From contig JBHGNT010000016.1 of the NCBI GenBank assembly GCA_043228905.1, positions 11,966,001 to 12,030,000 on the forward strand: a stretch of DNA of 64,000 nt, given 5' to 3'. Source of the DNA: Azolla caroliniana. Taxonomy: Eukaryota; Plantae; Polypodiophyta. Shown piece by piece: positions 11,805 to 25,974 of this stretch. Each line of letters begins with the position of its first letter. Within the stretch, counting starts at the first letter, position 1. The translations under genes were made by a program, and so were the position numbers. The notes beneath the pieces were generated by a model. It ran no database searches and was not told the origin of the DNA. It saw only the letters and a list, made by a program, of their open reading frames with translations.

Positions 11805-12755
11805 ATGCAACACGACAACAACGACGGCAACGCAAACTCGATGAATCCGGAATTCCTACAACACAATCAAGGACACCAGCCCACATCGCCAATCGACCAA
11901 TTGGTTCAAGCTCTGTCCAACATCATTTTACAAGTTAACCATACTAACCAAGCCATGTTGTCCTTTCTTTCAGCACGATCCGAGCCACAACAAAATCTCC
12001 CGGACTCTCGAGTTCGCCCAAAACCGTTCTCCGGCCTACCATCGGAAGACGTCCTCTCTTGGCTGGATCATTTCGAAATGGTGGCCAGTTACCACCAGTG
12101 GCCACACCCTCGGAAGGCAATGGAGATGAAGACACTCCTCGAGAATATCGCGGCAACATGGCTTGTACAACAACCCGAAGAGACACGCAACGACTGGGAT
12201 CTGTTACGGGCAGCCATGATTCGGAATTTTGCTCATCAAGACTCCCGCCAGACGGCCCTACAACAACTTGAGTCAATTACCCAACAACCACGCGAACCCA
12301 TCACCCAGTTCGCGGTTCGTTTTGTGCAGATCCTACGCTGGGCTGACGCCAACATGTCGGAGGACATGAAGTTGTTTTTTTTCTGGCCGTGTATACGACA
12401 TGACCTCCGCCGCCGTGTACGCGATCAAGGCCCGACGACACTACACGAAGCCATCCTCACTACCCAACGCATCGAAGCTGCACACGCGCACGACATGCAC
12501 ACACCAGGTAATCTCAGTCATGATCATACAAACACTATACCAGCCATCACTCCCATGGACACCGACATCCAGAACGCGCAATTACGTGCCAAGCGTGCAT
12601 TGCCCGAACGAGACAACTAGGGACGCCCCAAATGTTTCTACTGCAACAACTATGGCCACATTCGGCGTCACTGCCGAAAGTGGCAGAATCACCAACAGAA
12701 GCAGAACGTCCAATTAGCTGACGCTGCCTCCCTCTCTGAGCTCCCGGAAAACTAA
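11805..12755 (+). pseudogene. gag: gag with CCHC zinc knuckle (copy A)
   Basis: RPKPFSG..WLDHFE capsid-like region and CFYCNNYGHIRRHC; premature TAG at 12618-20 (CAG in copy B). Confidence 0.9.
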
Positions 12756-15582
12756 TGCGCGGGGTGCCGTAGGGAGAGCCGCCCCCACACGTCCACGTCT
12801 CCACGTCCTCAACTTCTCCCGTTTCTCCCACGATCGAGCCGCCCCCGCACGTCCACGCCTCCACTTCATCAACTTCGCCCGTTTGTACCACAATCGCCCG
12901 CCTCCAGCACATGACCCAAGAAGTTCTCCTCGACTCCGGCAGCAGCATCTCTTCCATCAGTGCAGATTTAGTCACCCAATTACAACTTCCCACGAGCCAC
13001 GCACCGCCCATTAAAATCCTCTTCGACGACCAACAACAGGTGTACCACTCACATACGCAAGTCAGGTGCATGCTCACCATTTGTTCCGCCCAGATCCACC
13101 ATCGTTTCTACGTCCTCCCGCGCCAGTTGTTCCCAATCACCTTGGGATGTGATTGGTTCCTCCATAGTCGAGCCTGTCTCGATTTCTCCGCACAACAGCT
13201 CATCCTCCCAAATCACATTCCGATCGCGTTTTTCACTACTCCGCGGGATACCACCCACATCAGCAACACACAGTACCTGATATCACCGGCGGAGCGCATC
13301 AACGACATCAGACGGCTCCTCGCCACCTTTCCCTCGTTGTCTACACCACCTGTAAAACCTCCCTCGGTCCGTTTTCCGATTCACCACACGATTCCTACAG
13401 GCAACGCCCGCCCCATCAACGCAGCTCCCCGACGTCGCTCGCCTCTCGACCACGAGCGCATCGACAACGCCGTCAAAACTATGCTCCAACAAGGGATTAT
13501 CACACCTTCCAAAAGCGAGTGGATCTCGGAGCCACACATGGTAAAGAAAGGGGATGGTTCTTACCACTTTTGTGTCGTCTTCCGACAACTGAACCATGTC
13601 ACCACCCATGACCGATACCCTCTCCCTCGTATCGATGACCTCCTCGACCAGCTTGGCAAATCAAAGTACTTCACCTCCCTCGATCTAGCCTCGGGATATT
13701 GGCAGATCCCGATGAATCTTCACGATGCCCACAAAACTGCATTCTGCACTAGGAAAGGCATTTTTCAGTTCACACGGATGCCCTTTGGCCTATCTTATGC
13801 GGGGAGCACATTCCAGCGAATGGCTAATGCCATCTTCGATGATCTCATCACCCGCCGTGTCTTCATCGTCTATCTAGACGATATTCTGGTACATACAAGC
13901 ACTTGGGTAGAACACCTTCAAGTCCTTCGGGAGGTCCTAACTTGTGTTCAACGCTATCGATTGCAGCTGCAATGGAAGAAGTGCCGATGGGGTAGTACGT
14001 GCCTCCGCTTCCTTGGGTACGTCATCTCCTCCGACAGAATACAAATGGACCCGGAGAAGACAGAAGCAGTCCAAAAATTCCCACGCCCCACCACAGTCAA
14101 GCAGCTTCAACGCTTCCTCGGCCTCCTCACGTTCTCTCTTCGTTTCATCCCACGGCTAGCCGACCTGTCAGCCCCACTACGCGCGCTCCTACAAAAAGAC
14201 GCACCCTTCCTGTGGACCGAAGCCTGCGAATCCAGCTTCCTACAGCTCAAGAGAATACTCCAAGCCTCTGACCTCCTGGCCCACCCTGATTTCACGAAGC
14301 CTTTCCATCTGCAGACGGATGCCTCCAATGTCGGCCTTGGTGCGGTCCTGCTCCAATCCGACGACAACGACCAACTCCGCCCGATTGCCTACATCAGTCA
14401 GTCACTTACCAAAGCCGAACAAAATTACTCGACAACTGAAAAAGAGTTCCTCGCCATCGTCTGGGCATTCCATCGTTTCCACCCATACCTTCACGGATCA
14501 AATACATCAGTCGAAACCGACCATCAGCCATTGCTCTCCCTCATAAAGAAGGCTCATCCACCCGGCCGCTTACTTCGTTGGGTTTTGGCGCTACAGGATT
14601 ACACATTCACTCTGCGCTATCGCCATGGTCCACAAAACATCGTCGCCGATGGATTATCCCGCATATCCTTTCAAGCGAACCAGATCACCTCCAACACAAT
14701 CGATTTCCCCATATCCTCGTCCCAAATGGCCAACGTGCAACAACACGACAAACAAATCCAAGATATCTGCCACCGCCTACGAGCTGAACCGACATCATCC
14801 CTCACCAAGCAATTCATGATCCAGGATAATGTCCTACTTTTTTGTCAAGTAGGCAAAGAACCCCGAGTCTACGTGCCTGAGCAACTACGCCAGTCTTACC
14901 TTCGTTTCTTCCACGATCACCCGTTGTCCGGCCACTTGGGTTTTCATAAGGTGCTCGGCAAAATTCGTCGCAAATTCTATTGGCCTGGGCTACGCCACGA
15001 GGTCGCCTCCTACATCAAAGCATGCAACTTATGTCAGGCCATCAAATCACCTCAAGTGGCTCAAGGCCTCTTACATCCGATACAAGTTCAAGCTCCATTT
15101 GAAATCATCGGATGGGACATTATGGGCCCCTTTCCCGAGTCACAAGGAGGGAACAAATTCATCCTCGTCATCATCGAGTACTTGACGCGTTGGGCTGAGA
15201 CGGCCGCTATCCTAGATGCAAAGGCTATGACCATCGCCTCCAAACTATTGGAGAAAATCATCTTCCCCCACGGTTGCCCACTCCAAATCTTGTCCGATCG
15301 AGGACCCCAGTTCAACGGTGAGCTCCTACGCCTCGTTTCAACACAACTAGGAATCCAACAGTTATTCACGTCACCCTACCATCCGCAAACGAATGGGTTG
15401 ACAGAGCGCCTCAATCGAACCTTAAAACAACAAATCTCAGCCTACATCGATCCGCTGCACTCAACCTGGGACCGAATCTTGCCCTTCGTTACGCATGCCT
15501 ACAACACAACTGTGCAAGCCTCTACCCGCATTAGCCCATTTCGGGCCCTTTACGGAAGGGACCCGCACTTACCCCTAGAAGT
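12755..15582 (+). pseudogene. pol: pol (protease-RT-RNase H-integrase), C-terminally truncated (copy A)
   Basis: LLDSGSSIS, YPLPRID, YLDDIL, QTDAS, EKEFLA, HHCC zinc finger, SDRGPQF, YHPQTNGLTER; open for ~890 codons; upstream TAG at ~12770. Confidence 0.95.
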
Positions 15583-15656
15583 AATGAATAGTGATCATAA
15601 TGAATGGGGGCTATTCTTGAGAGCATTTCACAATATTCTGGCCTAACCGGCAAACA

Positions 15657-16355
15657 CTTATAATAACGTTATTCACTCCTCCAATCGGGTCTCCCCATTT
15701 TACGCTTATACCGGTTCTCATCCTCGTTGGTCTGTGATCGACACTTTGGAGCTACCTACCAATCCTCATGTCGAGGATCATTTGGAGAGGCTACGCAAGA
15801 TTCAAACGGATCTATCTACTCATATGCGTCATGCTCAACACACACAGAAGACTTATGCAGATCGTCATGGGCTTCCCTCCTCTTTTTCCATCGAAGATCG
15901 AGTATGGCTCTTACGTCATCACAGGAAGACTACTCGACCATGCGACAAATTGGATTATCGACGACTCAGTCCTTTCCGTATTACCGACAAGATTAATGGT
16001 GTCACGTTCCGCCTTGATCTTCCTTCGCACCTTCAGATACATCCAATCTTCCATAGTTCTCTTCTCGAACCTTATCAAGCCAACAGTATTCCCGATCATG
16101 TTACACCACCGTCGCCCCTGCTTGAGTTGGACGCCAGCCCGGAGTATGAAGTTGTTGCCGTCCTCGACTCCAAGTTTGTTCGCAACAAACTTTATTATTT
16201 GGTCGATTGACTCAGCTATAGTTCGAGCGAACGTACTTGGGGAGCATGTCGCCAATGCTCAGGATCTTCTTGCTGATTTCCGCCGACAGTATCCGGACAA
16301 ACCTGGTCCCGAATCAGCGCCGACTCATAACACTCGTTCTTTTAAAGGGGGATAG
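15657..16355 (+). pseudogene. Chromovirus integrase C-terminus plus chromodomain
   Basis: YNN..SPFYAYTG, KLDYRRLSPF (GPY/F-like), YEVVAVLDSK..YYLVD..ERTW..YPDKP chromodomain, then PPT AAAGGGGGATAG. Probably the distal part of the element at 1-947 (inference). Confidence 0.88.
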
Positions 16356-16684
16356 TGTCATGATATGGCAAGACTCGAACCCATGACCTTATTTATATGG
16401 GTCGAGCTCTTGACCATTACACTATCTATTGTAATATGTAGGATATTATTTTCATTTATGTTTTACTATAGAAAGTTAATGTATATTCCAGATTTCTCTA
16501 GAACATTCTAGAAGCTTCATGACTACTCCTGAGAACACTATAAAAGGAGGCACAAGGCATTATTTCGACCCAAATTGGTTCAACACCAGTCTTAAGCCTC
16601 ATAGCTATTTTGTATTTACTCTTCACATAATATATCATCTGTTATCATCTTTCCCTAGGGGCTCCACTATATATAAGATTTACA
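16356..16684 (+). mobile_element. Chromovirus 3' LTR (right end approximate)
   Basis: TGTCATGA directly after the PPT, CTATAAAAGG at ~16538, TTTACA at 16684 where L1 sequence resumes. Confidence 0.7.
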
Positions 16685-19600
16685 ACGACAATCATCGACT
16701 TGCCCTTTTAAATGAAAACCTACATGTAAAGCATAATGAATCATTTATCACTTAAAAGAAATTGCCCTCCGCATACATGGTAAAGCCCATAAAGTTTTCC
16801 AAAATGTTCGCATATATTGATGCAATATAGCACCTGACTCCCAATGCTTTTGTGCAACAGGATTTATGCATTGTCATTGCATCAAAAATTGTCTCCAATA
16901 TGCCACAGAGTATTGGAAAAACAGGAGAATCCTACTCACTTGTTCATTTGTCGAGGAACAACCAACCAACCGCCATGCATAATCAGTTGGGTCCCACTTA
17001 AGATGTGCCACTGGCTTACTTTGGAATAGGTATATTTGTATTGCATGATCTGCCAAAAAAGGACTCGGATCTAAGAAAATCTTCTTATCTAAACGAGCAA
17101 TAACCCTAATGGGTTTTTCGGAGGCTATCTACATAACTTCAGCTTCTTCATCCACTAAAGATAAAAAACCATCATCACAAACCTCATAAAATCTTATTTG
17201 ACCCTGATTAGCATAAGCTCGAGCACCTATTAAAACACCCAAAGAAGAGAAAAGACCATACCATGTATAAGTATTAGCCAAATTAAGTTGCCTTTGATTA
17301 TTTTGAAAAGCTTGTTGAATCTGCTCAAATATCAAACAACCCCCACGCAAGGAAGATAAGAATTGTTTTTTGTCATCCTCCGTGAGCATTTGAAACCACT
17401 CCCAAGCAGCCACAGAGGTAGCTAGTCCTGAGTCCATTTTTCCCCATGATAAATGCGGTCTAATTCCTAAAATACAACTAGAGCTATCAGTAAACAAAGG
17501 ATTCCATAACAACGGTTGCCTTAAAAATTGGGCTTCTGTCGTTGGTAGTTGAAATAGGAGAGCCTCTCTAATGTCCTTCCATGCCCTCAAAATACTTGTA
17601 AAGAATCTCATAGAACGAGCATTATGAGCCTTAATTGGAAATTCAAAGTTAAACAACCATCGAAAATTATCTTGCCATTGCCCTCCTATTGTAGGTTTAA
17701 TATTACGAAGAGATAATAGCCATAACTTTTTCCACAACTCATTCCTAGGCATAAATCCTCTCGCAACATGCTTTGCAAGAAGGGCCTTACTTTGGAGCAA
17801 AGGATCTGTTAAGCCAAGTCCACCTTCACGTATTGGTCGGATTAAAATTGACCAAGCAACTTTTGCAACAACCCTTGATCCCAAAGGGGCACCCCAAATA
17901 AAATTACGAACTAAAGGGGCAATAATATAATAGACCGTGAAAATAGCCATGTTGATGCAACATACCACATTGATGCAAGCAAAACCGAGTTTGCCACAAT
18001 CACCCTTCCTGGTAAAGAGAACTTAGTAGTATCCCAATACAACAATGTATTTCTAACCCGTACTAAAAGGGGTGTTACCATCTCTTCTGCAGACAAATCT
18101 ATCCCCACTTGATAGCCCAAATACCTTACAGGTGTACCTCGAGGTACCCGAATAAAGCCTGGAGATGGCACATCTTGTGGGGGATAAGACGACGCAAACC
18201 AAAATCCCATGGATTTGTCCCAATTAATTAAAGCTCCTGAAGCATCACAAAAATCGGATAACATTTGTTGAAGATTCAACAAGTTCCCCTCATCTACTGA
18301 AACATATAAAGCGGCGTCATCAGCAAACTCTGAATCAATAGAAGAGGTTGTGTATCCTTGTATAGGTAAAGCTATACCACGAATGTCAACATTCCTACTC
18401 CTAAGAAAATCAGAAAAGGCTTTAGAAACTAAAATAAACAAAAAGGGAGCAAGCGGACACCCTTGTCTTACTAATCGCGAAAGTGAAAATCTACCACCAA
18501 CATCACCTGCAAACAAAAGAGAACTATGAGCAGTCCTATACAATGCTGCCACCGCCCTAATCCATTGCATTGGAAAGCCCATACGCAATAATGTCCCTTC
18601 CATAAAATCTCAATCCACTCTATCATAAGCCTTCTCAAAATCTAAAAACAAAATAGCTAAATCTTGTTGTTGTTGCTCTGCAGTAGCCACCATTTCCCAA
18701 AATAAAAAAATGTTATAAAAAATACTTCTTTCTTGAACAAAACCTGTCTGTGAATCATGAATTAGTTGAGGTAAAAACCGTTGTAATCTACTTGCTATTG
18801 TTTTTGCTAAAACCTTATAAACAACATTAAGTAATGTTATAGGCCATCCCCCTTTGGAATCAAATATATTAGGCCCTCTGTCCATTCCTGAGGCATATAA
18901 CCTTGATCAAGAATTTGTTGGTATGCAGAAGTCAATCCATTACCAATCATATCCCAATACTCTATATACCATGAAACCCCCATCCCATCACTACCTGGAC
19001 AAACATCCTTACCTAATGCCTTAGCTGCTACGAGAACTTCCGAAGGTTGTAATGGAGCAAGCAAAATAGTTTGCATTTGAAACGAAACGCAATTAGAGAC
19101 CAACATCCGATGTAAAAGATCCATCAAAACGCCTCATGCTTGTCAGATGAGGCTTATGAGTTTTAATTCGATGAGGATGAAAGAACTGTTTACAAACCAT
19201 ATCAGCTTGTCCACTCCATCTTGCAAAGGATTTATGATACCAAAACTCCGACCTTTGCAATTGTAAATCTGCAATCATTTTCTGGACATCAATAGCTCTT
19301 CTGGCTAAATCTACGAACTGAGGCCACTTTTCCTGCAGATGTTGTACTGCTGTCAAAGCTCGTTTATATCTTCCAATCTTGGAATCGTACTCAAGGTACA
19401 AAGCTTTCGCCTTATGCTGGAATACTTCCTGAATTTCCTTTAAGACATGTACCACATTAGTTAAGACAACATCATTATCATAAGACGTCGAGACCAAATA
19501 ATTTGAACAGAATATTTACAATCTTCTCTAAAAAAACATTAGTTAGGAATTCAAAATCTATGAGTCCTTCTTACCAATGATAAAAAGAAATTTAATTTTA

Positions 19601-21896
19601 GAGGAGAGTGATCAGAAAAAGAAAAACCAGGCATAATTCCTAATTGATCACTTCTACTCCACATAAAAACATCCCCATAAAACCTATTCAAACGAGAAAG
19701 GTTGACCCCTACCAAACGTCTATCAGATCTTGAAAAAAATAAGGATTCTGATCATCTATTAAAGGAAGGAACTAACCAAAGGTCAACTAAACGAAGTGAC
19801 ATACATAATCTTTCCCACACCCTAAGTTCCGACCCAGAGATAGTGTGTAAACTACCACCTTGCCTATCTTGCACATCCTCTATCATATTAAAGTCGCCAA
19901 CTAATGCCCAATGATCAATCTGTTGTGGTATTTTTGATGAAATCGCACTCCAAAAACGAGTCCTTGCTACCTCCGAATTTGGGGCATAAAGATTAAGCAA
20001 ACCCCAGTTAATCTCTCCTATTTGAAAAACAATATATTGTTGTCTTTTATTAGATAATGATCCTGACATAATTACATGTGAGGCCCAAATATGTGAAACT
20101 GCAATACATAAACCCCCTTGAATATCGTTTGGACCAAAGGCTGGCAACCAAAAGTGTTGCCACCTCCTAGGGAGAAGATTTCCATATCTTAAGAGATGTC
20201 GTTCCCCTAAATGATGTTCCTGAATCATGGGCACATCTATTGTGCCCACGTAAGGTTTTCTCAATTCCTGTCTAAAAGCCCCTCTCATTCGTCAAAACTG
20301 ATTACCTCCTAATCCTTGTACATTCCATGAGATTATATTTAGAACATCCATAAATAGATTAAGAATTTTCAAACTATCCTTTTCTCTACCAAAACAAGAC
20401 CTCTACGTTTTCCTTCCTCAACAACACGTAATTGTCTTCTTGTTGTCATCATATCTTTACCTGAATATTTGTGTGAACGGACAGGGGTCGCCTTTTCCAA
20501 TGTAGGATTATCCCCAATACCCAAGGATATTGCTGAAAAAGAGAAATCATTAGTAATCTGAGGACTTTTCTTTTCCAAAACCGAGAAAGAGTTCTATTTT
20601 GATGTATCATCCTCATAGATTACTAAAGATAACGGGTTGTCACAATTCATGTCAACACCTGAACAGTCAATCTTTCGCCCTTTGTCCTGAGACATCGGAT
20701 GGGACAAGGAATGAATGATATGTTTTCCTTTATCTCCCAATTGCTTACCTTTGACTTGCCCCATAGAAGAAGCCTCTAACATATGCCGACTTGTAAGGGC
20801 AACTGTATCATTAAATTCTTTTAACGACAAGACTTCTTGATCCAATTTCGAGGATGATGGACTTTGTACTTCGGTGACTCTATTCGCCTTCCTTAAATTA
20901 TTTTTCAATGAAATATCACTACCTTTCTCGCTATTCAAAGGATTATACAGATTGCAATCCAACAAAAACATAGAATTTACCGAAGACCTAGGCTGTTTAA
21001 AAGAATGTTTAGTTGCAACTGGTGTCCAATCTGATTTTCCCACCTTCGAAGTCGATTTTAAGACCTCCTCTGATCGATAGCGTCTATGTGGAAACTCCTT
21101 CCCTAAATGCCCAAAATTTCTACATATAAAACATTGATCCGGAAGACCTTGATACATAATCTTCTAGGATAACGGTTCCTTATGTTCTTGTAGATTCGGC
21201 AAAAAAACATAAGATGGTAATTCACTATTCCTAGGTGCTAAAATCCTCACTGAAGGTGCTCCTCGTATACGCTCATAATCTTGTGAACTGCCATTTTTAA
21301 TAGTTATTATTGTGCCTAGAAGAGAGCCAATTTGAGTTAACACTTGACGCCATTCTTTCTTCAATCCCGGGAAAATGGCAGTAAAAATCATATGGGCCTC
21401 TTTGTTCTTTAAAATATCTTCAGCAATCACATTATGATTCCACTTATAAAAAAATATCCACGCACCTTCCAATAATGTATGCTTGATCTCCAACAATCGG
21501 TTAACAGACGAATGATCAGAAAACTCCAAATGATAGCATCCTTTGCCCATAAATTGTATGTCTACCACATTATTTACTTCTTCTGGAAAAATCGCATACA
21601 ACATATGACGTAATTCAGGCCTATTCGGCCTTAATCCTTCCATATGTGCCACCAACGAGACCGTCTCCAACCGTTGTACTTCTATCAACACTAGGGTTTT
21701 TGCATTGTCTAACAAGGAGAGTGAGACAACTTTACCTAAAATATGAGGAGAGATAATAGGCGGGTCGAGGGAAGATACACCGGAACTCCCTCTGTGCGTT
21801 GACTCAGGTGCCGCTTGGCACTTAGCCATCACTCGTATCTCTGCTCACAATTCAGCCCTTCGCCTGCTAAGTTCTCTGAGCTAGGTGCGGTATTTT
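16685..21896 (-). mobile_element. L1-clade LINE, decayed (ORF1 ~21832-20369; ORF2 ~20350-16685)
   Basis: ORF1 with CFICRNFGHLGKE knuckle; ORF2 APE (IQEHH, NLYAPN, VGDFN, SDHSP) and RT (PITLLNVVYK, LDFEKAYDRV, VRQGCPLAP, FADD). Confidence 0.92.
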
Positions 21897-22964
21897 CGTG
21901 TTTAGTATGTGTATGGCTCATATAAGGATGTACGTTTGCAATATACACATAATATATATGTGTAAGTATACATATATCCAACGTGTGTGTATGTATATTG
22001 CATGTATATATATGGAATATGTATGTACATATGTAATGTGTAAATGTGTGTGCCTATGTGCATATATGTCAATGTGCATGGATGTGTGTTTGTAATATGT
22101 ATGTATATATGTGGAATATGTATGTACATAGTAACATATGTAATGTATGTATGTGTATGTGCATATATACATATGTCAATGTGCATGGATGTGTGTTTGT
22201 AATATGTGTGTATATATTTAATGTATGTATGCATATATATATGTGTATATGGTGATATGTATGTACATGTATGAATGTATGTATGTGTATATATGTAATG
22301 TATTTATGTATGTAATATGCATGTATATATCCGATGTATGTGTAAGTATACATATATCTAATGTGTGTGTATATATGTAAGTAATGTAGTTTGCATGGTT
22401 TCGTATAATCTATATATATGGTGATATGTGGAATATGTATGTCTATATGTAATGTATGTATGTAAATTTGTTTATTGTGTAATATGTATGGACTATGTAT
22501 ATGATATCTAATATCTAATTTATTTATGTGTGTTGTGTATATATATTATATATACATATATAATATACATATGTAACTTGTTTGTATGTGTGAAAATTTG
22601 TAAGACATATAAGATGTAATCTTATGTATTAATATGTATGTGTATGTATATATAATATGTAATTTATTTATTTACGTATATTTTTTGTGTTTGGTATGTA
22701 TATGTACATATATGGAGTTTGCATATAATTGTGTGTATAATGATATATGTGTGTAATATGTGCTATATAAAATATGTATTCTTACAAACATATTTTATAT
22801 AGCACATATTACACACATGTATGGTGATATGTGGAATAAGTATGTGCATATGTAATATATCTATGTATGTATATGTATAATGTATGTATGTATGTGCATG
22901 TAAATTTGTTTATTGTGTAATATGTATGGATTATATGATATCCAATATCTAATTTATTTATGTA

Positions 22965-23001
<37 letters not shown>

Positions 23002-23253
23002 ATATATACATATATAATATATGTAACTTGTTTGTATGTGTGAAAATTTGTAAGACGTATAAAATAATATGTAATCTTATGTATTAATATGTATGTGCAT
23101 GTATATGTATATATAATATGTAATTTATTTATTTGAGTATATTTTTTGTGTTTGGTATGTATACATATATGCAGTTGCATATAATTGTGTATAATGATAT
23201 ATGTGTGTAATATGTACTATATAAAATATGTTTGTAAGAATGTGTAGTATATA
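21897..23253. repeat. (TA/TG)-rich low-complexity tract with internal duplications and a hairpin
   Basis: Degenerate TATG/TGTA repeats, (TG)n at ~22966-22990, ~22415-22790 repeated at ~22820-23230, inverted repeat at ~22745-22818. Confidence 0.9.
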
Positions 23254-24224
23254 CAGTAGACATTCAGTTAAGTGCACACTTTGAACACAAGAAAGAAGTG
23301 TGCACTTAACCGAGCCGCGCACTTAGGGCTTTTTAAGTCAAAAAAATTTCCCCTCTTCTCTTTAGCAGAAACCGTAGCCCAACCAGCCATCACAGAGACC
23401 GTCTCTTCTTCCATAATCAACCCATTGGTGCTCCTCGTGCTACTCCAATCCACGTTCTTGCTCCTAAATTCATCTTTAGGTATGTATTTTCTTTCCTGTT
23501 TGTTTTTTGTGTCTCTTTCTTGTGAATGAATATGAGAGAGGGAAGAGAAGAGAGCTTCTAAATTTGTGAACAATTTAGATGGTAATGTGTTAATTATTTA
23601 GAAATTATGCATAGTTTCTTTAGTTTGATATCCACATATTTGGCTGAAATATAGGGTACGAAAAATATCTATAAGTAGGGTTTTGAATCCACAAAATTTG
23701 ATTGATGGTTGAAATAGTGTAAGAAAAATATCCATAAGTAGACATTTGTTTGGAAGATGTCCATAAGCTATTAATCGATTAATCTATTAATAGTTTTCCC
23801 ATCATGTTAGTCCACATAATAAGCTATTAATCGATTATTCAATTAATCGATTAATGGCTTATTAGCTTTCTCCACATAGAACCATGCCCAACCTATTTAA
23901 TGGTAGCATTGGAACATCTAAGCTCAATTCATGATGCATTTGATAACATTAGTTTTTCTCCAAAGCAAAGCTTCAACGAAATTAGGTCAAGATTGTATCC
24001 ACATCCTAACATGTGTGCCTCCTTGATGTATAATACTCCAACTTAATTGGAGAAGACCCAATTCATTCGTCTATGAATTTTAAGTTATTTGTGACTTCAA
24101 TAAGGTTGTATGCATTAAATGTCAAAGATTTTAAACCTTTAAAAGGTTTTGTACATCTAAACTTGATTGGTAGGGGATGAAATAGTGAAGTGAATTTAGC
24201 TAATTAGCATTGCATATTACAGAG

Positions 24225-25974
24225 ATGAATTTAACCCATAAGCGAGGTGCTAGACTTCATTTGAATGATGAACAAAGGCTACAAATTTTAAATTTAGTGG
24301 AACAACCATCATCTCCTTCTCTTCGTAACATCGGTAGACAATTTGGTGTAAGTGAATTCGCTATTAGAAGTTTGATCAAGAAGAAAGATGACATACGATT
24401 GCGTGCTCAACAAAAAGATCACAATGCAAGAAAAAAACTTTTAGAGGATCAAAAGGAAAATATCCTAAATTAGAGGACCGCTTGTATGCTTGGATTGATG
24501 CATCTCGTCGATTGTCAATTGTATTACCTCCATCCGTTATTATGGAGAAGGCTCGACGATTGGCATCAGAAATGAATATTTCTGATGATGACTTCAAAGC
24601 AACTTGGGGTTGGTTTAGGAAATTTCGTCATCGTCAATGTTTGAATACTATTAATTTATATGGTGAAGGAGGGGCAGTTGATAGAAATGACCCTGAATTG
24701 TTGGCTTCTTTGGAAAGGCTTTATGTTATAGTCAATGAGTATGATTCTAACAATGTTTACAATATGGATGAAACTAGTTTGTTTTTTCGATTAGCTCCAA
24801 GATACACAATGCTTTTGCCTAGTGAAGATCCGACAACAATTCGAGGTAAGAAAAAATTGTTAGATAGAGTTACCTTAGTTGTTTGTTGTAATGCAACTGG
24901 AACTGAAAAAGTTCCAATTACTATGATTGGAAAGGCTAAGGAACCAGCTTGTATTGTTGGAAATTCATGGCCATTGCCTTATGTAGCGCAAAGAAATGCT
25001 TGGATTAATATCCCTTGCTGTAATAAGTGGTTTGATCAAGTGTTTGTGCCATTTGTTCGTTCTCGAACTAATCGCAAAGTGCTTTTAATCCTTGATAATG
25101 CACCTGGTCATGCCGAAGCATTTGAGCATGATGCTATCAAAGTGATTTTTTTCCCGGAAAATGTGACATCTTGGAAGCAACCGATGGATATGGGGATCAT
25201 TGTAGCTTTGAAAAAGAGGTATAAATATCATTTGATAAGAGAAATCTTGGCATATCATGATAGTCCAAATTATGTTAAGATTCGTTTGGAAGATGTCGCT
25301 AAACGTATGAGAAGAGGCTCTATTGATTTAGCTTTTGGAAAGTCGCCACATTTGCTAAATGCTGCGAATCTCATTGTTATTGCTTGGAATGAGATCAAGC
25401 AAGAGACAATTTTTAATTGCTATAGAAAGGTAGATATTATTCCATCATTTCGTGCTAATGATGTTGATTCAGAAGATGGTGAAATGGAAGATCAATGCAT
25501 TGATAATCTTGTTGCTTTGCTATGTAATTGCAATTTTCTTGAAAATGCACATGTAGAAGAAATTCGAGATGAGATCATGGAATGTGTAAATGCAAATTCA
25601 AATGAATCAGAAAACTTAATCAAAATCTCCTTGAGGAGATTGATGAAGTTATAACACAAGCTTCCAATGCCAATGAACCACTTGCATATGATGAAAACAA
25701 TTCAGATTCTGAGTTTGTTGAGATTCAAGACATGCATGGATGCTTAAAGGAAGAAGATGTGATTATTCCTGAACTCTTGAAAGATATTGTTGATTGTGAA
25801 GTCAAGCTAAATTCAATCACAACAGCAACTTACTTGAGTTCCGAAAAAGCAAAGCAAGTACAATCAACTTTATCAAGTGCTCGTCGAATCATTCAAGAAA
25901 CAAATTCTGCCATTGTTTCTAAGTGTATCGCTAAAAGTAGGCAAATGACCTTACGTGATTTTGGTATGAAGTAG
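24225..25974 (+). pseudogene. pogo/CENP-B-like DDD transposase with frameshifts
   Basis: N-terminal HTH, FKATWGWFRKFRHR, YNMDET, LILDNAPGH, QPMDMG (30 residues between the 2nd and 3rd D); frameshifts near 24440 and 25615. Confidence 0.92.

Larger units (their letters stand above)
11487..15632 (+). mobile_element. Ty3/gypsy element copy A (internal 3' deletion), TSD ATAT
   Basis: 5' LTR 11487-11728, PBS TGGTGGAGATGACGGG 11748-11763, gag, pol; only the last ~37 bp of the 3' LTR remain (15596-15632); ATAT at 11483-86 and 15633-36. Confidence 0.93.

Noticed and set aside
16362-16430. Functional tRNA gene
   Set aside because: A and B boxes are present, but the acceptor, anticodon and T stems do not pair.
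21898-23322. Tyr/His/Ile-rich ORFs
   Set aside because: They are microsatellite translations.
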